DNA from: a virus
Lineage: Duplodnaviria; Caudoviricetes
Length of the DNA: 64,000 nucleotides
IMG/VR virus record: IMGVR_UViG_3300033075_001437
Location: 1 to 64,000 of that record
Direction: 5' to 3' (one strand)
Made by a program: the position numbers and the translations under genes. Under the pieces are notes generated by a model. The model saw only the letters and a program-made list of their open reading frames with translations, ran no database searches and was not told the DNA's origin. Below are positions 1 to 9,263 of this stretch, in pieces. Within the stretch, counting starts at the first letter, position 1. Each line of letters opens with the position of its first letter.

Positions 1-135
1 AATCAAATCCCTATAATCAACCATACCAATAAATCTATTATCAATTTGAACTTCAAGGTTATTACCATCCTTAAAAACAGTAAAACCATCGTCAATTAAT
101 CTTTCAGATATAACGTCTAATATATCATCGCCCAC
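1..135 (-). CDS. Partial small protein of the dispersed 'DDIL' paralog family (runs off window start)
   Basis: Manual translation from GTG at 135: MGDDILDVISERLIDDGFTVFKDGNNLEVQIDNRFIGMVDYRDLI...; N-terminus matches ORFs at 8735-9525. Confidence 0.6.
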   Translation of the reverse strand, partial: MGDDILDVISERLIDDGFTVFKDGNNLEVQIDNRFIGMVDYRDLI

Positions 136-138
136 AGC

Positions 139-2304
139 TTAATCCTTCATGAAAACCAAAATCGGCTCAGTAGTAAATTCACGTTTAGCAATGCTTTTAG
201 ACCTCATTTCGACTCTATCAAACAATTTATATCCATTTAATTCAGCTGATGAAACTGTACCTTTTTCAAGCCACTTAGGGACATTTAACACAACCGTTGG
301 ACAACATCGTTGCTTAAAAATATTATCGATAATTGGCATAGATTTAGTAACATTAGAATTAATACCATAGTATAATTCAGTATTATCATATGGCGGAGAT
401 GTAAACAATAAATCACCATTAATAAACGAAGCTGTTGATGAATCTACCTTTTGAAATGTAGCGCTACCAACCAATCGTTTTTTCATAAAACTATATAAAT
501 TATTATGCGCATCAATAGAAAACTGATTTAAATCATATCCAAAATATGAATAATTGCCTGACAATGTTCCTAACAATCTACCTCCCCACCCACAGCATGG
601 ATCTATAATTCGCCCACTAGACCCCAAATATTTATCATATATGTATTTTGCAACCCATGGTTTAAACATAGATACTAATTTAAAATCCTTAAATTTATCA
701 TTAACACACTTATACAAACCATATATATTAATTTCATTCTTATTTTCCCACAAATCTCTAACAGCGTCACGCAATACAGTACGATTGCCATCTTCCCAAA
801 TGGCAGACAACGGAAGATACCCATCATGGCTAGATCGCCAATAATGCTCAAAATAATGACGCATCAAATTTAACACGCATGCATTTGGCTTATTAGCATC
901 TAAAGCGTCATCGCCAGACCATTTTACAGCCTTACTTAATCCATTGTATAACTCATCAGTGCTAAATTTTATTGGTTTAAAACCGTAATCGGCTAGCCAA
1001 GAGCTGCAACAATCAGCCGAATTGAAAAATAACTTCCAATTATATGCATAATATATATCATCATCAGTAACACTGACATTTTTAGATTTACCATTAATTT
1101 TAATATCCAATTTTACACCATTATGTTCACATATCTTATATTGTTTTATAAATCTTCGTCGATCCCACGGAGCAGCATTAAATTCTCTTTCAGATTTAAC
1201 TTCAATATGTTGACCATCAACAACAAAATCAATATAACAATGGCTCCCAAATGCTTCTAACCTGCTATTTCTAATAATATTAGATGACGATATTGAATTT
1301 AAAAAATCAACCTCTCCAAGACTATCACAAACAAATCCTTTGACAACTAATTTAGACCCATGCTTATTATCCATTAATTGTTGGATATATTCTGCTTTAG
1401 AACGCAAAGGTATGCCATGTTGTATCAAATGATATTGTATTACTGAAACACCTATATTATGCTCAGATGATAATGATCCAATACTACGGCCTTTAACAAC
1501 ATATTCATTATATAAATAATCTCTGTCATTCAAAATCGGATATTTTGATCCAGTTCGCACGCCACCACTCTTAGCAATCGGTAAACCTACATTTCTCAAC
1601 GCTCGTATTATCACATAATATGGGACGTTTAATTCACTAGCTATTTCTTTTGGTTTTAAGCATTTTTGCATGTATAATTCAGCTAATAATTCTGTTGGTA
1701 TGTTATATCTGATATAATAAGGAGATATAATTCCGAATCGTTTTGCAGCAGCGCAAACAGTACCTGTCTTCACGCCAAGTTCTTTAGCTATTTTTCTAAA
1801 AGATTTTACACGTGTCGCACATATAAATTCATCTCTATTATTTAACAAAGCTGGTCTGATCGCTTCATCAACTGTTCTAAAAATAATAGTAGGATCGACA
1901 GATAATATGTGCTGCCTTACGGCTTCAAATCTTGCTATACCATATAATTTGCCCAACTTTCGAATGCTAACACCCGATTTGTACAACTCACACAATTTAA
2001 CATCATCAATTGCCTTTTTATTGCCACGTATATCTTGTGATACTATACTATGTCGTTTAGCAGCGGCAGATATTGCTGACACAGTATAGCCATGTTGCCT
2101 TCCAAATTCAGAAAAAGACATCCCACTACTAGCCGATTCACGCAATAAATTTATATCTATTGGCGGTCGTCTTTTATTTTTTCGTAAACCTAATTTATTA
2201 ATCGCTTTTGATATTACAGACCTATTCCTATTTAATTCTCCAGCAATTGCTGTATCAGACTTGCCTTGATTAACTAATTCTATTAATTTATCTTTATCAA
2301 TCAT
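139..2304 (-). CDS. Multi-HTH / PD-(D/E)XK-like endonuclease / amino-DNA methyltransferase fusion
   Basis: About 6 HTH-like repeats (e.g. KSDTAIAGELN, SFRKIAKELGV), DFVVDGQHIEVKS nuclease-like motif, C-terminal IIDPCCGWGGR (SAM-binding) and FTSPPY catalytic motif. Start moved to ATG 2304 behind AGGAGG RBS. Confidence 0.75.
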   Translation of the reverse strand: MIDKDKLIELVNQGKSDTAIAGELNRNRSVISKAINKLGLRKNKRRPPIDINLLRESASSGMSFSEFGRQHGYTVSAISAAAKRHSIVSQDIRGNKKAIDDVKLCELYKSGVSIRKLGKLYGIARFEAVRQHILSVDPTIIFRTVDEAIRPALLNNRDEFICATRVKSFRKIAKELGVKTGTVCAAAKRFGIISPYYIRYNIPTELLAELYMQKCLKPKEIASELNVPYYVIIRALRNVGLPIAKSGGVRTGSKYPILNDRDYLYNEYVVKGRSIGSLSSEHNIGVSVIQYHLIQHGIPLRSKAEYIQQLMDNKHGSKLVVKGFVCDSLGEVDFLNSISSSNIIRNSRLEAFGSHCYIDFVVDGQHIEVKSEREFNAAPWDRRRFIKQYKICEHNGVKLDIKINGKSKNVSVTDDDIYYAYNWKLFFNSADCCSSWLADYGFKPIKFSTDELYNGLSKAVKWSGDDALDANKPNACVLNLMRHYFEHYWRSSHDGYLPLSAIWEDGNRTVLRDAVRDLWENKNEINIYGLYKCVNDKFKDFKLVSMFKPWVAKYIYDKYLGSSGRIIDPCCGWGGRLLGTLSGNYSYFGYDLNQFSIDAHNNLYSFMKKRLVGSATFQKVDSSTASFINGDLLFTSPPYDNTELYYGINSNVTKSMPIIDNIFKQRCCPTVVLNVPKWLEKGTVSSAELNGYKLFDRVEMRSKSIAKREFTTEPILVFMKD

Positions 2305-2380
2305 AATGCCTCCTAAATTTAATATATTTACCAAATAAACAGCCAAAAAACGTTATAACTCAATACGATGAAACATTAAT

Positions 2381-4072
2381 TTATTTGAATATTTCAACAA
2401 ACCATTCATTGGGTGCTTTATGCCTTCTAACACTAAACAAACCAACCTTATCACATTTATATCTCTTTGATATAGAATTAAACATATCATTATCAACATG
2501 CAAAATAGTTCTTTTAGAATTATCTAAACACTTATCGATAAGCTTGTATAAAAAACTATTTTCCCAACTAGCATAAGACCCATAATCAACACCATCGAGA
2601 TAATTCTCTTTATTATAAAAAGGAGGAGAAGTTAAAACAAAATCAGAACTACGCCAATTATAATCTTCAAATTTAACATTATCAACAACATAACTAGAAC
2701 CCAAAAACTTTTGTAACCTACACAAACCATGAAAACAAACACCAGGATCACACGCTCTATAATCAAAACCATACAAATAAGCAGACAATAGTCTATTACC
2801 CCAACCAGCACAAGGATCAAACCACGTACCATCTAATTTAAAAATTTTAATTGCAGATAATATAACTGGGACACTCAATAAAGAAGCCATAGAAAAACCA
2901 GAAAATCGTAACTCACGCAATAATCTGGCAGGGTATAACTTAGTATCAACTTTTAAAAAAGCGTTTACAGCTCTTCTAACAAATTTCTCATTTGCAGAAA
3001 TATCTATTAAAGATGGAGCATGGCCTTGTTTAATTCTATATATAATAGGTTGAAAATTAGAGATAACTTTATTGCCGGGAGATAAACCATTCCTAATATC
3101 ACCATTGATAATATAATTATCTAAATTTATATTTCTACAATCTTTTAAATCTTTATCAATATCATATTTTGGATTAACCCAACCACTGCTCAATATCTTA
3201 TCAACTAAAGAATTATTTGTATTATTATTAACTTTATCGATTTTAAAATTATGAATGTCATTCCAAAAGAAATCTGATATATTCAAAGCTGTTTTAAATT
3301 TATTCAATTTTCTATACATACATATAGTATAATCTCGATATATAAAATCATAAAATCGCCTAACGTTTTTAATATTTGAATATATTATAGCAAAACATTT
3401 GCTTCTTTTTTTAACAACTGAAATCGGACCATTTATACTATTAAATTTATCAATAAAATTTTGCAAATTGTCTTTATATTTACAGACTATGTTACAGTAC
3501 CACCGACGTTTTTTTCTACTTTTTCTAATTTGAGAACTTATGCACCCGTCGCCATCGAAATATCCTCTAGTAAAATGGTGAAATAGATCATTTGGTATAT
3601 GGTTAAATATTGTGCAGTTTTGGCCTTTTTTATATTCAAACCAACCTTTACTTATTAAAGATTTTGACATTTTAACACTATTAAATATAACAGCTACTCT
3701 AGCATGCCCTTTCCTATAATCTCTATGAATTTTACCTTTATAATTAACAAATTCTGCAAACTTTTTAAGATGTGATAAATCTCTATCTTGTATAGATAAT
3801 CTTATTGCTCTAAATGTTTTAGCCGATTTTGCTAAACATCCATCTGCTAATAGAAATCCTAACCAATATGCTTTATATTCATTATCTATAATATCAAAAA
3901 TATCTTCATTTAATTTATAATTTCTGGTTCCTATATTATTACTTTTCAACCCCAATTTTTTCATATACCTACGAACTGTACTGATACCAATGTTTAATCT
4001 AATAGATATATTCTTTTGAGTTAACCCATCATTGTGCAATTTAACAATATCTTGACTATTTATGCTGCTCAT
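2381..4072 (-). CDS. HTH / LAGLIDADG homing endonuclease / amino-DNA methyltransferase fusion
   Basis: N-terminal HTH; YWLGFLLADG and FTRGYFDGDG LAGLIDADG motifs; C-terminal FDPCAGWGNR and LTSPPF methyltransferase motifs. Confidence 0.8.
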   Translation of the reverse strand: MSSINSQDIVKLHNDGLTQKNISIRLNIGISTVRRYMKKLGLKSNNIGTRNYKLNEDIFDIIDNEYKAYWLGFLLADGCLAKSAKTFRAIRLSIQDRDLSHLKKFAEFVNYKGKIHRDYRKGHARVAVIFNSVKMSKSLISKGWFEYKKGQNCTIFNHIPNDLFHHFTRGYFDGDGCISSQIRKSRKKRRWYCNIVCKYKDNLQNFIDKFNSINGPISVVKKRSKCFAIIYSNIKNVRRFYDFIYRDYTICMYRKLNKFKTALNISDFFWNDIHNFKIDKVNNNTNNSLVDKILSSGWVNPKYDIDKDLKDCRNINLDNYIINGDIRNGLSPGNKVISNFQPIIYRIKQGHAPSLIDISANEKFVRRAVNAFLKVDTKLYPARLLRELRFSGFSMASLLSVPVILSAIKIFKLDGTWFDPCAGWGNRLLSAYLYGFDYRACDPGVCFHGLCRLQKFLGSSYVVDNVKFEDYNWRSSDFVLTSPPFYNKENYLDGVDYGSYASWENSFLYKLIDKCLDNSKRTILHVDNDMFNSISKRYKCDKVGLFSVRRHKAPNEWFVEIFK

Positions 4073-4073
4073 A

Positions 4074-4133
4074 GGTTATTTACGTTTGTAAAAGTATTCA
4101 AATAAACGAATACTTTTACAAACGTAAATAACC
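4074..4133. promoter_or_regulatory. Perfect 26-bp inverted repeat ending 1 nt before the start codon of 2381..4072
   Basis: GGTTATTTACGTTTGTAAAAGTATTC (4074-4099), 8-nt loop, GAATACTTTTACAAACGTAAATAACC (4108-4133). Confidence 0.85.
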
Positions 4134-4148
4134 ACCAATATCTACAGC

Positions 4149-4182
4149 AAGACCCCCTACAAAATCAATTGTAGGGGGTCTT
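4149..4182 (-). terminator. Intrinsic terminator hairpin after the major capsid gene (possibly bidirectional)
   Basis: AAGACCCCCTACAA / 6-nt loop / TTGTAGGGGGTCTT, 14-bp stem about 30 nt past the capsid stop. Confidence 0.85.
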
Positions 4183-4214
4183 ATTTTATTACCGTAATGC
4201 ACAATCAAAAAATG

Positions 4215-5795
4215 TTATAGATTCGACACGGTGATTGTTGCATAGTAAAGACCACCATCCTCTATCAACTTCTTACCGTATCGTGTCATGACACCCTTGC
4301 TAGGATTATAGCTATTTGGGTCCATGATGGTTGGGGTTGATAGGAGTGGGATGTATGGCGCATAGAAGTAGCCGGAGTCTAGTACGCTTGATCCCTTGAA
4401 TCCCATGAGGATTTTGCAGTTGGGGAATAGTGGGTCTTTGTAGATTTTGAGCTTGCTTTGGATTGTTCCAACGTTCATAATCCCAATATCCACGCCTTCT
4501 GTGCTCATTGCGTCTGATGCACGGAAATCGTTTAATTGTTCGAACTTGGAAGCAATGTCGCTGCTCATCACCATCCAGTTGGCTGGGCCACGCAATGTGG
4601 TTCGATGGATGATGTTTGCTACTTCCACTGCCTTGTACATCAATGCGATGTTGCGGTCAGTGAAGTTAACTGATGCACCAGCTGCAGTTGCAAAATTGTG
4701 TTCTGCACGAATTGCTGCTGCTACGATCAAGTCGTTGATGATTTCGCGGTCTAGTTCTGCGACCATTTCATCGGCCATAAGATCAGTTAGAACTGATTCT
4801 GCGTCGATGTTGTGGACGCTCTTTAGATCTTGAGCGGCTTCCAAAGACCAGCTTGTCTTCAACTTGCGTGTGATAGCTCCGACGCTGTCACTGTCAATTG
4901 AGAGGGTTACTTCTGGTTGGAATGGGTTGCCTTCTAGATCGTACTCGTAATTTACTCTGGCGACTGCACCTGCTGGGAATGAGCCAGCGGAGAGTGTAAT
5001 CTTTACTGCGCCAGTTGTGTGGTTGAATTTAGTAGCACCGGCTGTTACGACGTTGACGTCGATGGTGTCTGTAAATTCTGTGCAGGTCCCAATTACTACT
5101 GAGTCTGGGTTTCCGTCTGAGTCGAAGCTTACTCGCAAGCATGGTGTTGCGTCATCACAGTTTGGCGATGCGTCTTCTTCGCTTGCGAAGACTTCTACTA
5201 CTACTGTGCCTGCCAATACTGGGCGGTGAGCTAGTGTGCCTTCAACAATGGTGTTTGAACCAGTGATGGTGGCGCTTTCACCTTTAACTTCTTGGCTGGT
5301 GTAGTAGGGGTCCATTGCCCATCCGTTTTGGCGAGCAAAACTTTGGGCTGTGTTTTGGCGCATGATCTGTGTGCCTGCTACTGTTTGACCCTTGGAGAGG
5401 GCGTAACGGTAGCGGATGTAGAAGATCAAGCTTGCTGGTTGGCTCATTGGTTGAACACCGACTAGATTGTCTGCGATCAACTTTGGATAGCTTTTGCGGA
5501 GCAGTGGCAGGGCGAATCGTGTGAAGTTAGCGATATTCGCTGTTGTTGTTGCGTCTTCAAACAACATTGAACGCCCTTCGGGGGCAAAATGTTGATATTG
5601 GTTTTCTAATAGCGATGCCATTAGGCCCATTTTGCTCTTTTTTACTTCTCGGCATTTGCTAAGGACTGGGGTCCATTTCTTTACTAGCGAGTTGCGCTTG
5701 CTTTCTTGGAGCAAGGATGCCTTGTGTACGTCAACGGCAGCATTTTCGTTAACGTTATTTCCTCTTGCGAGTTGTGTCTTTCGATTATTTAACAT
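4215..5795 (-). CDS. gp23: Major capsid protein, T4 gp23-like
   Basis: KKWTPVL, LVGVQPMSQP, TRKLKTSWSLEAAQDL, ELDREII, GYFYAPYIPL, KGVMTRYG hallmark motifs. Confidence 0.97.
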   Translation of the reverse strand: MLNNRKTQLARGNNVNENAAVDVHKASLLQESKRNSLVKKWTPVLSKCREVKKSKMGLMASLLENQYQHFAPEGRSMLFEDATTTANIANFTRFALPLLRKSYPKLIADNLVGVQPMSQPASLIFYIRYRYALSKGQTVAGTQIMRQNTAQSFARQNGWAMDPYYTSQEVKGESATITGSNTIVEGTLAHRPVLAGTVVVEVFASEEDASPNCDDATPCLRVSFDSDGNPDSVVIGTCTEFTDTIDVNVVTAGATKFNHTTGAVKITLSAGSFPAGAVARVNYEYDLEGNPFQPEVTLSIDSDSVGAITRKLKTSWSLEAAQDLKSVHNIDAESVLTDLMADEMVAELDREIINDLIVAAAIRAEHNFATAAGASVNFTDRNIALMYKAVEVANIIHRTTLRGPANWMVMSSDIASKFEQLNDFRASDAMSTEGVDIGIMNVGTIQSKLKIYKDPLFPNCKILMGFKGSSVLDSGYFYAPYIPLLSTPTIMDPNSYNPSKGVMTRYGKKLIEDGGLYYATITVSNL

Positions 5796-5844
5796 TGTGT
5801 ATTTCCTGTTGATTTTGTGAATTGGTGTTTAAATGGTTAGTGGG

Positions 5845-6546
5845 TTAGTCGTCAATTTGTGATGCAATGCTCTGAATTGAGTTCATACCATTAGCTTCAC
5901 GAATTGTTTGGGCTGGTCTGGTTCTGCTTTGGTTTTCAGCCAATGTTGCTCTAGTGGTGGTAACATTTGACTTATTTCTGCCAGTATCTAATCGCTTTGT
6001 ATTTTGTGGCGATTTTGATTCTACAAGTGGTTTAGCTTGTACTGTTTTCTTAAGTTTTGTGTTTTCCGCTACTAGGGATCGATTTTCTTTTAGAGCTTTT
6101 TCAGCAATTTGTGTGTACCGATTTGCGGTTTCAATTGCTTTATTTTTCTCTTCTGCCAAAGCTTTAACTTGCCGTTGTGCCCGTTCTAATGCTACACTGG
6201 TTTGTCCATTCTTTTGGCCATTTACTGTTATGCCTTCAAGAAGTGATTTTACTTCTTTTAGCTTGGCCATTGCACCGGATTCACCAATCTGTTGTTGCTT
6301 TTGAATTTGAGCGTTAATTGCAGTTGACTTTGTTTCACAAAAGATCTGCACTCTCCGAGCGAGTTCTCTCTTATGATTTTCTGTCTCTTCGATGCATACC
6401 TTTTTGGCAGCTTCGATTTTCGAATTTGCATCCTTTTCAAATTGTTCTTTCACCGATTCCTTGTAAGACACTAATGACTCGCAGATAGAACTAACTAGTT
6501 CCTGCTTACATCCAGCTTTTTCAAGGAGTTCTTTGATCTTATCCAT
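5845..6546 (-). CDS. Prohead scaffolding protein (gp22-like position)
   Basis: Coiled-coil, E/K-rich, immediately upstream of capsid gene, LxE protease-type sites. Confidence 0.7.
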   Translation of the reverse strand: MDKIKELLEKAGCKQELVSSICESLVSYKESVKEQFEKDANSKIEAAKKVCIEETENHKRELARRVQIFCETKSTAINAQIQKQQQIGESGAMAKLKEVKSLLEGITVNGQKNGQTSVALERAQRQVKALAEEKNKAIETANRYTQIAEKALKENRSLVAENTKLKKTVQAKPLVESKSPQNTKRLDTGRNKSNVTTTRATLAENQSRTRPAQTIREANGMNSIQSIASQIDD

Positions 6547-6654
6547 TGTTCTATAACCTAACTAAGAATAAAGTTAATCTAGATGGTTGACATAATTATC
6601 TTTGCTCAATAATTAACACTTTAACTAGAACTAAACAAACAGTAACAATAAAGA

Positions 6655-6912
6655 ATGATAAACCACATTTATAAATTCACAAAGTACCTAATAATTAATA
6701 ACTTGTACTACTATAAACCACGCTACAAAGAAATAAAAGAGCTACCGATAAAAGAAAACATTAAAGATTATATGACCAACATAATCCTAAACCAACTAGG
6801 ATTAAAAATATCAGATAATGATAATATACCATGGTATATCGTGTTATCAAAAGAACAAAAAAAGTGTATTAAACTCGTCAAGCTATTCAACTATAAAGTC
6901 GATCTATTATAA
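6655..6912 (+). CDS. Hypothetical protein
   Basis: 85-aa ORF starting the + strand block. Confidence 0.55.
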   Translation: MINHIYKFTKYLIINNLYYYKPRYKEIKELPIKENIKDYMTNIILNQLGLKISDNDNIPWYIVLSKEQKKCIKLVKLFNYKVDLL

Positions 6913-7085
6913 TGAAAATAGAAACAATTGCCGAAAAAGTCATAAGAACAAAAAACACATTTCGTTTTTACACATGGTATCATATGCAATGTAAAAATGG
7001 TCTAACAATATGGACCGAAAAATATAAAAAAGACGAAACAGAATGTCCAGGATGCAGGGAAATTGTTAAAATAAATCAAAACTAA
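6912..7085 (+). CDS. Small zinc-ribbon-like protein (57 aa, not in ORF track)
   Basis: Manual translation MKIETIAEKVIRTKNTFRFYTWYHMQCKNGLTIWTEKYKKDETECPGCREIVKINQN; TAATG coupling to previous stop. Confidence 0.6.
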   Translation: MKIETIAEKVIRTKNTFRFYTWYHMQCKNGLTIWTEKYKKDETECPGCREIVKINQN

Positions 7086-7114
7086 TTTATTTTAACAATC
7101 AAAGAGAAATTACC

Positions 7115-7504
7115 ATGGAAATCAGCAACGTAAAAAACAATCCGGCATATATTATAAAACAAAATTATCAACAACTTATGACAATAGATGATCCAGACGA
7201 ATTAAAAAATTATATCATGAATTTGGTAAAACCAACAATAAATCATGGTTTTAGCAAACAAAATTTTGCCAGATTCCAAAACAACTTATTACAATCATAT
7301 AATAGAGGCATAGATAGCCTAAAAATGTACCTTACAAATTTTATGCTTAAAGCTGACGGTTTGGGTGTAACAGAAAGTTATACTGAATCATTAGCAGCGC
7401 TTATTAACGAAGATGTGAATGATTATCAAATCTTCACAGAATCACAAAGCAAGATGATAAAACTTGTCGAAAAATATGGGTATAGAGTTAAACTTTTAAA
7501 ATAG
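7115..7504 (+). CDS. Hypothetical protein, possible internal head protein
   Basis: 129 aa with several V/Y/I/F/L-x-E motifs; preceded by CAAAACTA motif. Confidence 0.5.
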   Translation: MEISNVKNNPAYIIKQNYQQLMTIDDPDELKNYIMNLVKPTINHGFSKQNFARFQNNLLQSYNRGIDSLKMYLTNFMLKADGLGVTESYTESLAALINEDVNDYQIFTESQSKMIKLVEKYGYRVKLLK

Positions 7505-7521
7505 AAGATTTAATCTTCTAT
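7501..7521. promoter_or_regulatory. 21-bp palindrome upstream of the sigma factor gene
   Basis: ATAGAAGATT-T-AATCTTCTAT; a second AT palindrome ATATATAA-AC-TTATATAT at 7544-7561. Confidence 0.45.
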
Positions 7522-7570
7522 AACAAATTATAAAAAGGCGGCGATATATAAACTTATATATGGTGAACTT

Positions 7571-8371
7571 ATGTTAAAACTAAAATATTACTATCATGAT
7601 GATTTTCTAAAATTAAACGATGAGATATTGAAACTCAATCTAACAAATGATGATATTAAAACATGTCAAACAATTAGTAGCCAAGCTGCTTACGTTGACA
7701 ACTTATACAAAAAACAAAAGTACCTGCTAACTAAATCTGGCGAACACAAATTATTTTTAAAATATAATTATTGTAAATATAAACTATCTAATATGGCCAA
7801 TATTACCAAAAACGAAATAGAATATAAAGAAGCAATAGCAACCAGAAATAGCATAGTAGAAGGTAACATAAGATCGTGTTTATCATTAATCCAAAAATAC
7901 GCTATTAACGGACACTATGACGAATATCTAAGCGAATCATTTAATACATTACTATTAGCTATAGATGCTTTTAATTTCACATTCGGATATTCGTTTTCAA
8001 CTTATTTATGGCCAAGTGTTCAAAATAAGTTGAAAAACTTGCATAAACAAACACGCAGACAAAAGAGAAATGCTGATAGAACAGAAAGTTTAACATTCGA
8101 TGTGCATGACACATATGAAGACCCAGAATTTGATGATACAGATTATAAAAAACTTAAAAGGCTATTAATGAGTCTTAGCGATAGAGAAAGAAATGTCGTA
8201 ATAGACCATTATTATAACAATATAACATATAAAGAAATTGGCGATAAATATGGTTTAACAAGAGAACGTATAAGACAAATAAGCTCTAAAGCTGTTGATA
8301 AATTGAAAGAAAAATGGGAAGCAAGTAATTCTGACAATTTAAAAGAAAGTATTTGCAATAATGTTAACTGA
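7571..8371 (+). CDS. RNA polymerase sigma-70 family factor
   Basis: Region 2 (RNSIVEGNIR...AIDAFN...YSFSTY) and region 4 HTH (LSDRERNVV...TYKEIGDKYGLTRERIRQI). Confidence 0.9.
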   Translation: MLKLKYYYHDDFLKLNDEILKLNLTNDDIKTCQTISSQAAYVDNLYKKQKYLLTKSGEHKLFLKYNYCKYKLSNMANITKNEIEYKEAIATRNSIVEGNIRSCLSLIQKYAINGHYDEYLSESFNTLLLAIDAFNFTFGYSFSTYLWPSVQNKLKNLHKQTRRQKRNADRTESLTFDVHDTYEDPEFDDTDYKKLKRLLMSLSDRERNVVIDHYYNNITYKEIGDKYGLTRERIRQISSKAVDKLKEKWEASNSDNLKESICNNVN

Positions 8372-8394
8372 ATAAGAGATATGGAGAACAGAAA

Positions 8395-8733
8395 ATGATA
8401 AAAATCAAAATCGATGACACTATTTTCATTGTTGATAATATAAAAGACGCATCCAAAAAGATAATTTCATACTTGTACACAGAATCTTATAAATTAGGCG
8501 ATAATAATGTCACTTATAAGAAACACATCAAATCTCATATTCAGTTAAATAAAGATGCATATAATTTAGACATTATGAAAGACCTTGATGTCGATAAATT
8601 ACAGAAAAAACTCATTAATCATTCTGTAGATGTAGGGTTAAAATCTCCATTCAATATATATTGCCATGTTTTTTGCAAGAAAGAATTATTAAAAACTTTT
8701 ACATGCACTGTTGAAAGTGCTGAATCACTTTAA
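8395..8733 (+). CDS. Hypothetical protein
   Basis: 112-aa ORF with GGAG RBS. Confidence 0.6.
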   Translation: MIKIKIDDTIFIVDNIKDASKKIISYLYTESYKLGDNNVTYKKHIKSHIQLNKDAYNLDIMKDLDVDKLQKKLINHSVDVGLKSPFNIYCHVFCKKELLKTFTCTVESAESL

Positions 8734-8734
8734 T

Positions 8735-8995
8735 ATGATAGATGATATTTTAAGTATTATTAAAGACAAGTTAGAATCTTATAATTATATATGTGATGTA
8801 CTGGTAGGTTGTTGTTTGGTCAGCGTATATATTAATGCCAAAATACCATTGTGTTATATTAAATATACCGGCGTTGATGAAAAATTTGTGATAATTAGTC
8901 GAAATGAAGACATAAAGATATTAATAAACGATCAAATAATCGATAAAATAATTGAAGCTGTCAATGAGTTAAAAATAGCTTATGCCTTACTATAA
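8735..8995 (+). CDS. 'DDIL' paralog family protein 1
   Basis: MIDDILSIIKDKLESYNYICD...KIPLCYIKY; start moved to ATG 8735. Confidence 0.7.
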   Translation: MIDDILSIIKDKLESYNYICDVLVGCCLVSVYINAKIPLCYIKYTGVDEKFVIISRNEDIKILINDQIIDKIIEAVNELKIAYALL

Positions 8996-9054
8996 TGATG
9001 ATATTTTAAATATTATTAAAGACAAGTTAGAATCTTATAATTATATATGTGATG
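8741..9054 (+). repeat. 58-bp direct repeat with one mismatch (8741-8798 and 8997-9054)
   Basis: GATGATATTTTAA(G/A)TATTATTAAAGACAAGTTAGAATCTTATAATTATATATGTGATG twice. Confidence 0.9.
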
Positions 9055-9263
9055 CCATTGCTGACAACCTTGGCCATCGCTGTCTAGTCAGTTTATATAG
9101 GTATGGTATGAAAATACCATTATGTTATATTAAGTATATCGATAAAACTGACTTATTTTTAATAACTAGTCGTGACGCTAATTATCATGTGCTTATAGAT
9201 GAACAAATTACAAATAAAATCGTGGAAACTGTGAGCTGTATTAAAGATGACTACTATAGATGA
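8982..9263 (+). CDS. 'DDIL' paralog family protein 2
   Basis: DDILNIIKDKLESYNYICD...KIPLCYIKY; recent tandem duplicate of previous gene. Confidence 0.7.
   Translation: MPYYNDDILNIIKDKLESYNYICDAIADNLGHRCLVSLYRYGMKIPLCYIKYIDKTDLFLITSRDANYHVLIDEQITNKIVETVSCIKDDYYR

Noticed and set aside
4447-6304. Several + strand ORFs opposite capsid and scaffold genes
   Set aside because: Antisense frames kept open by codon bias of highly expressed genes; no motifs
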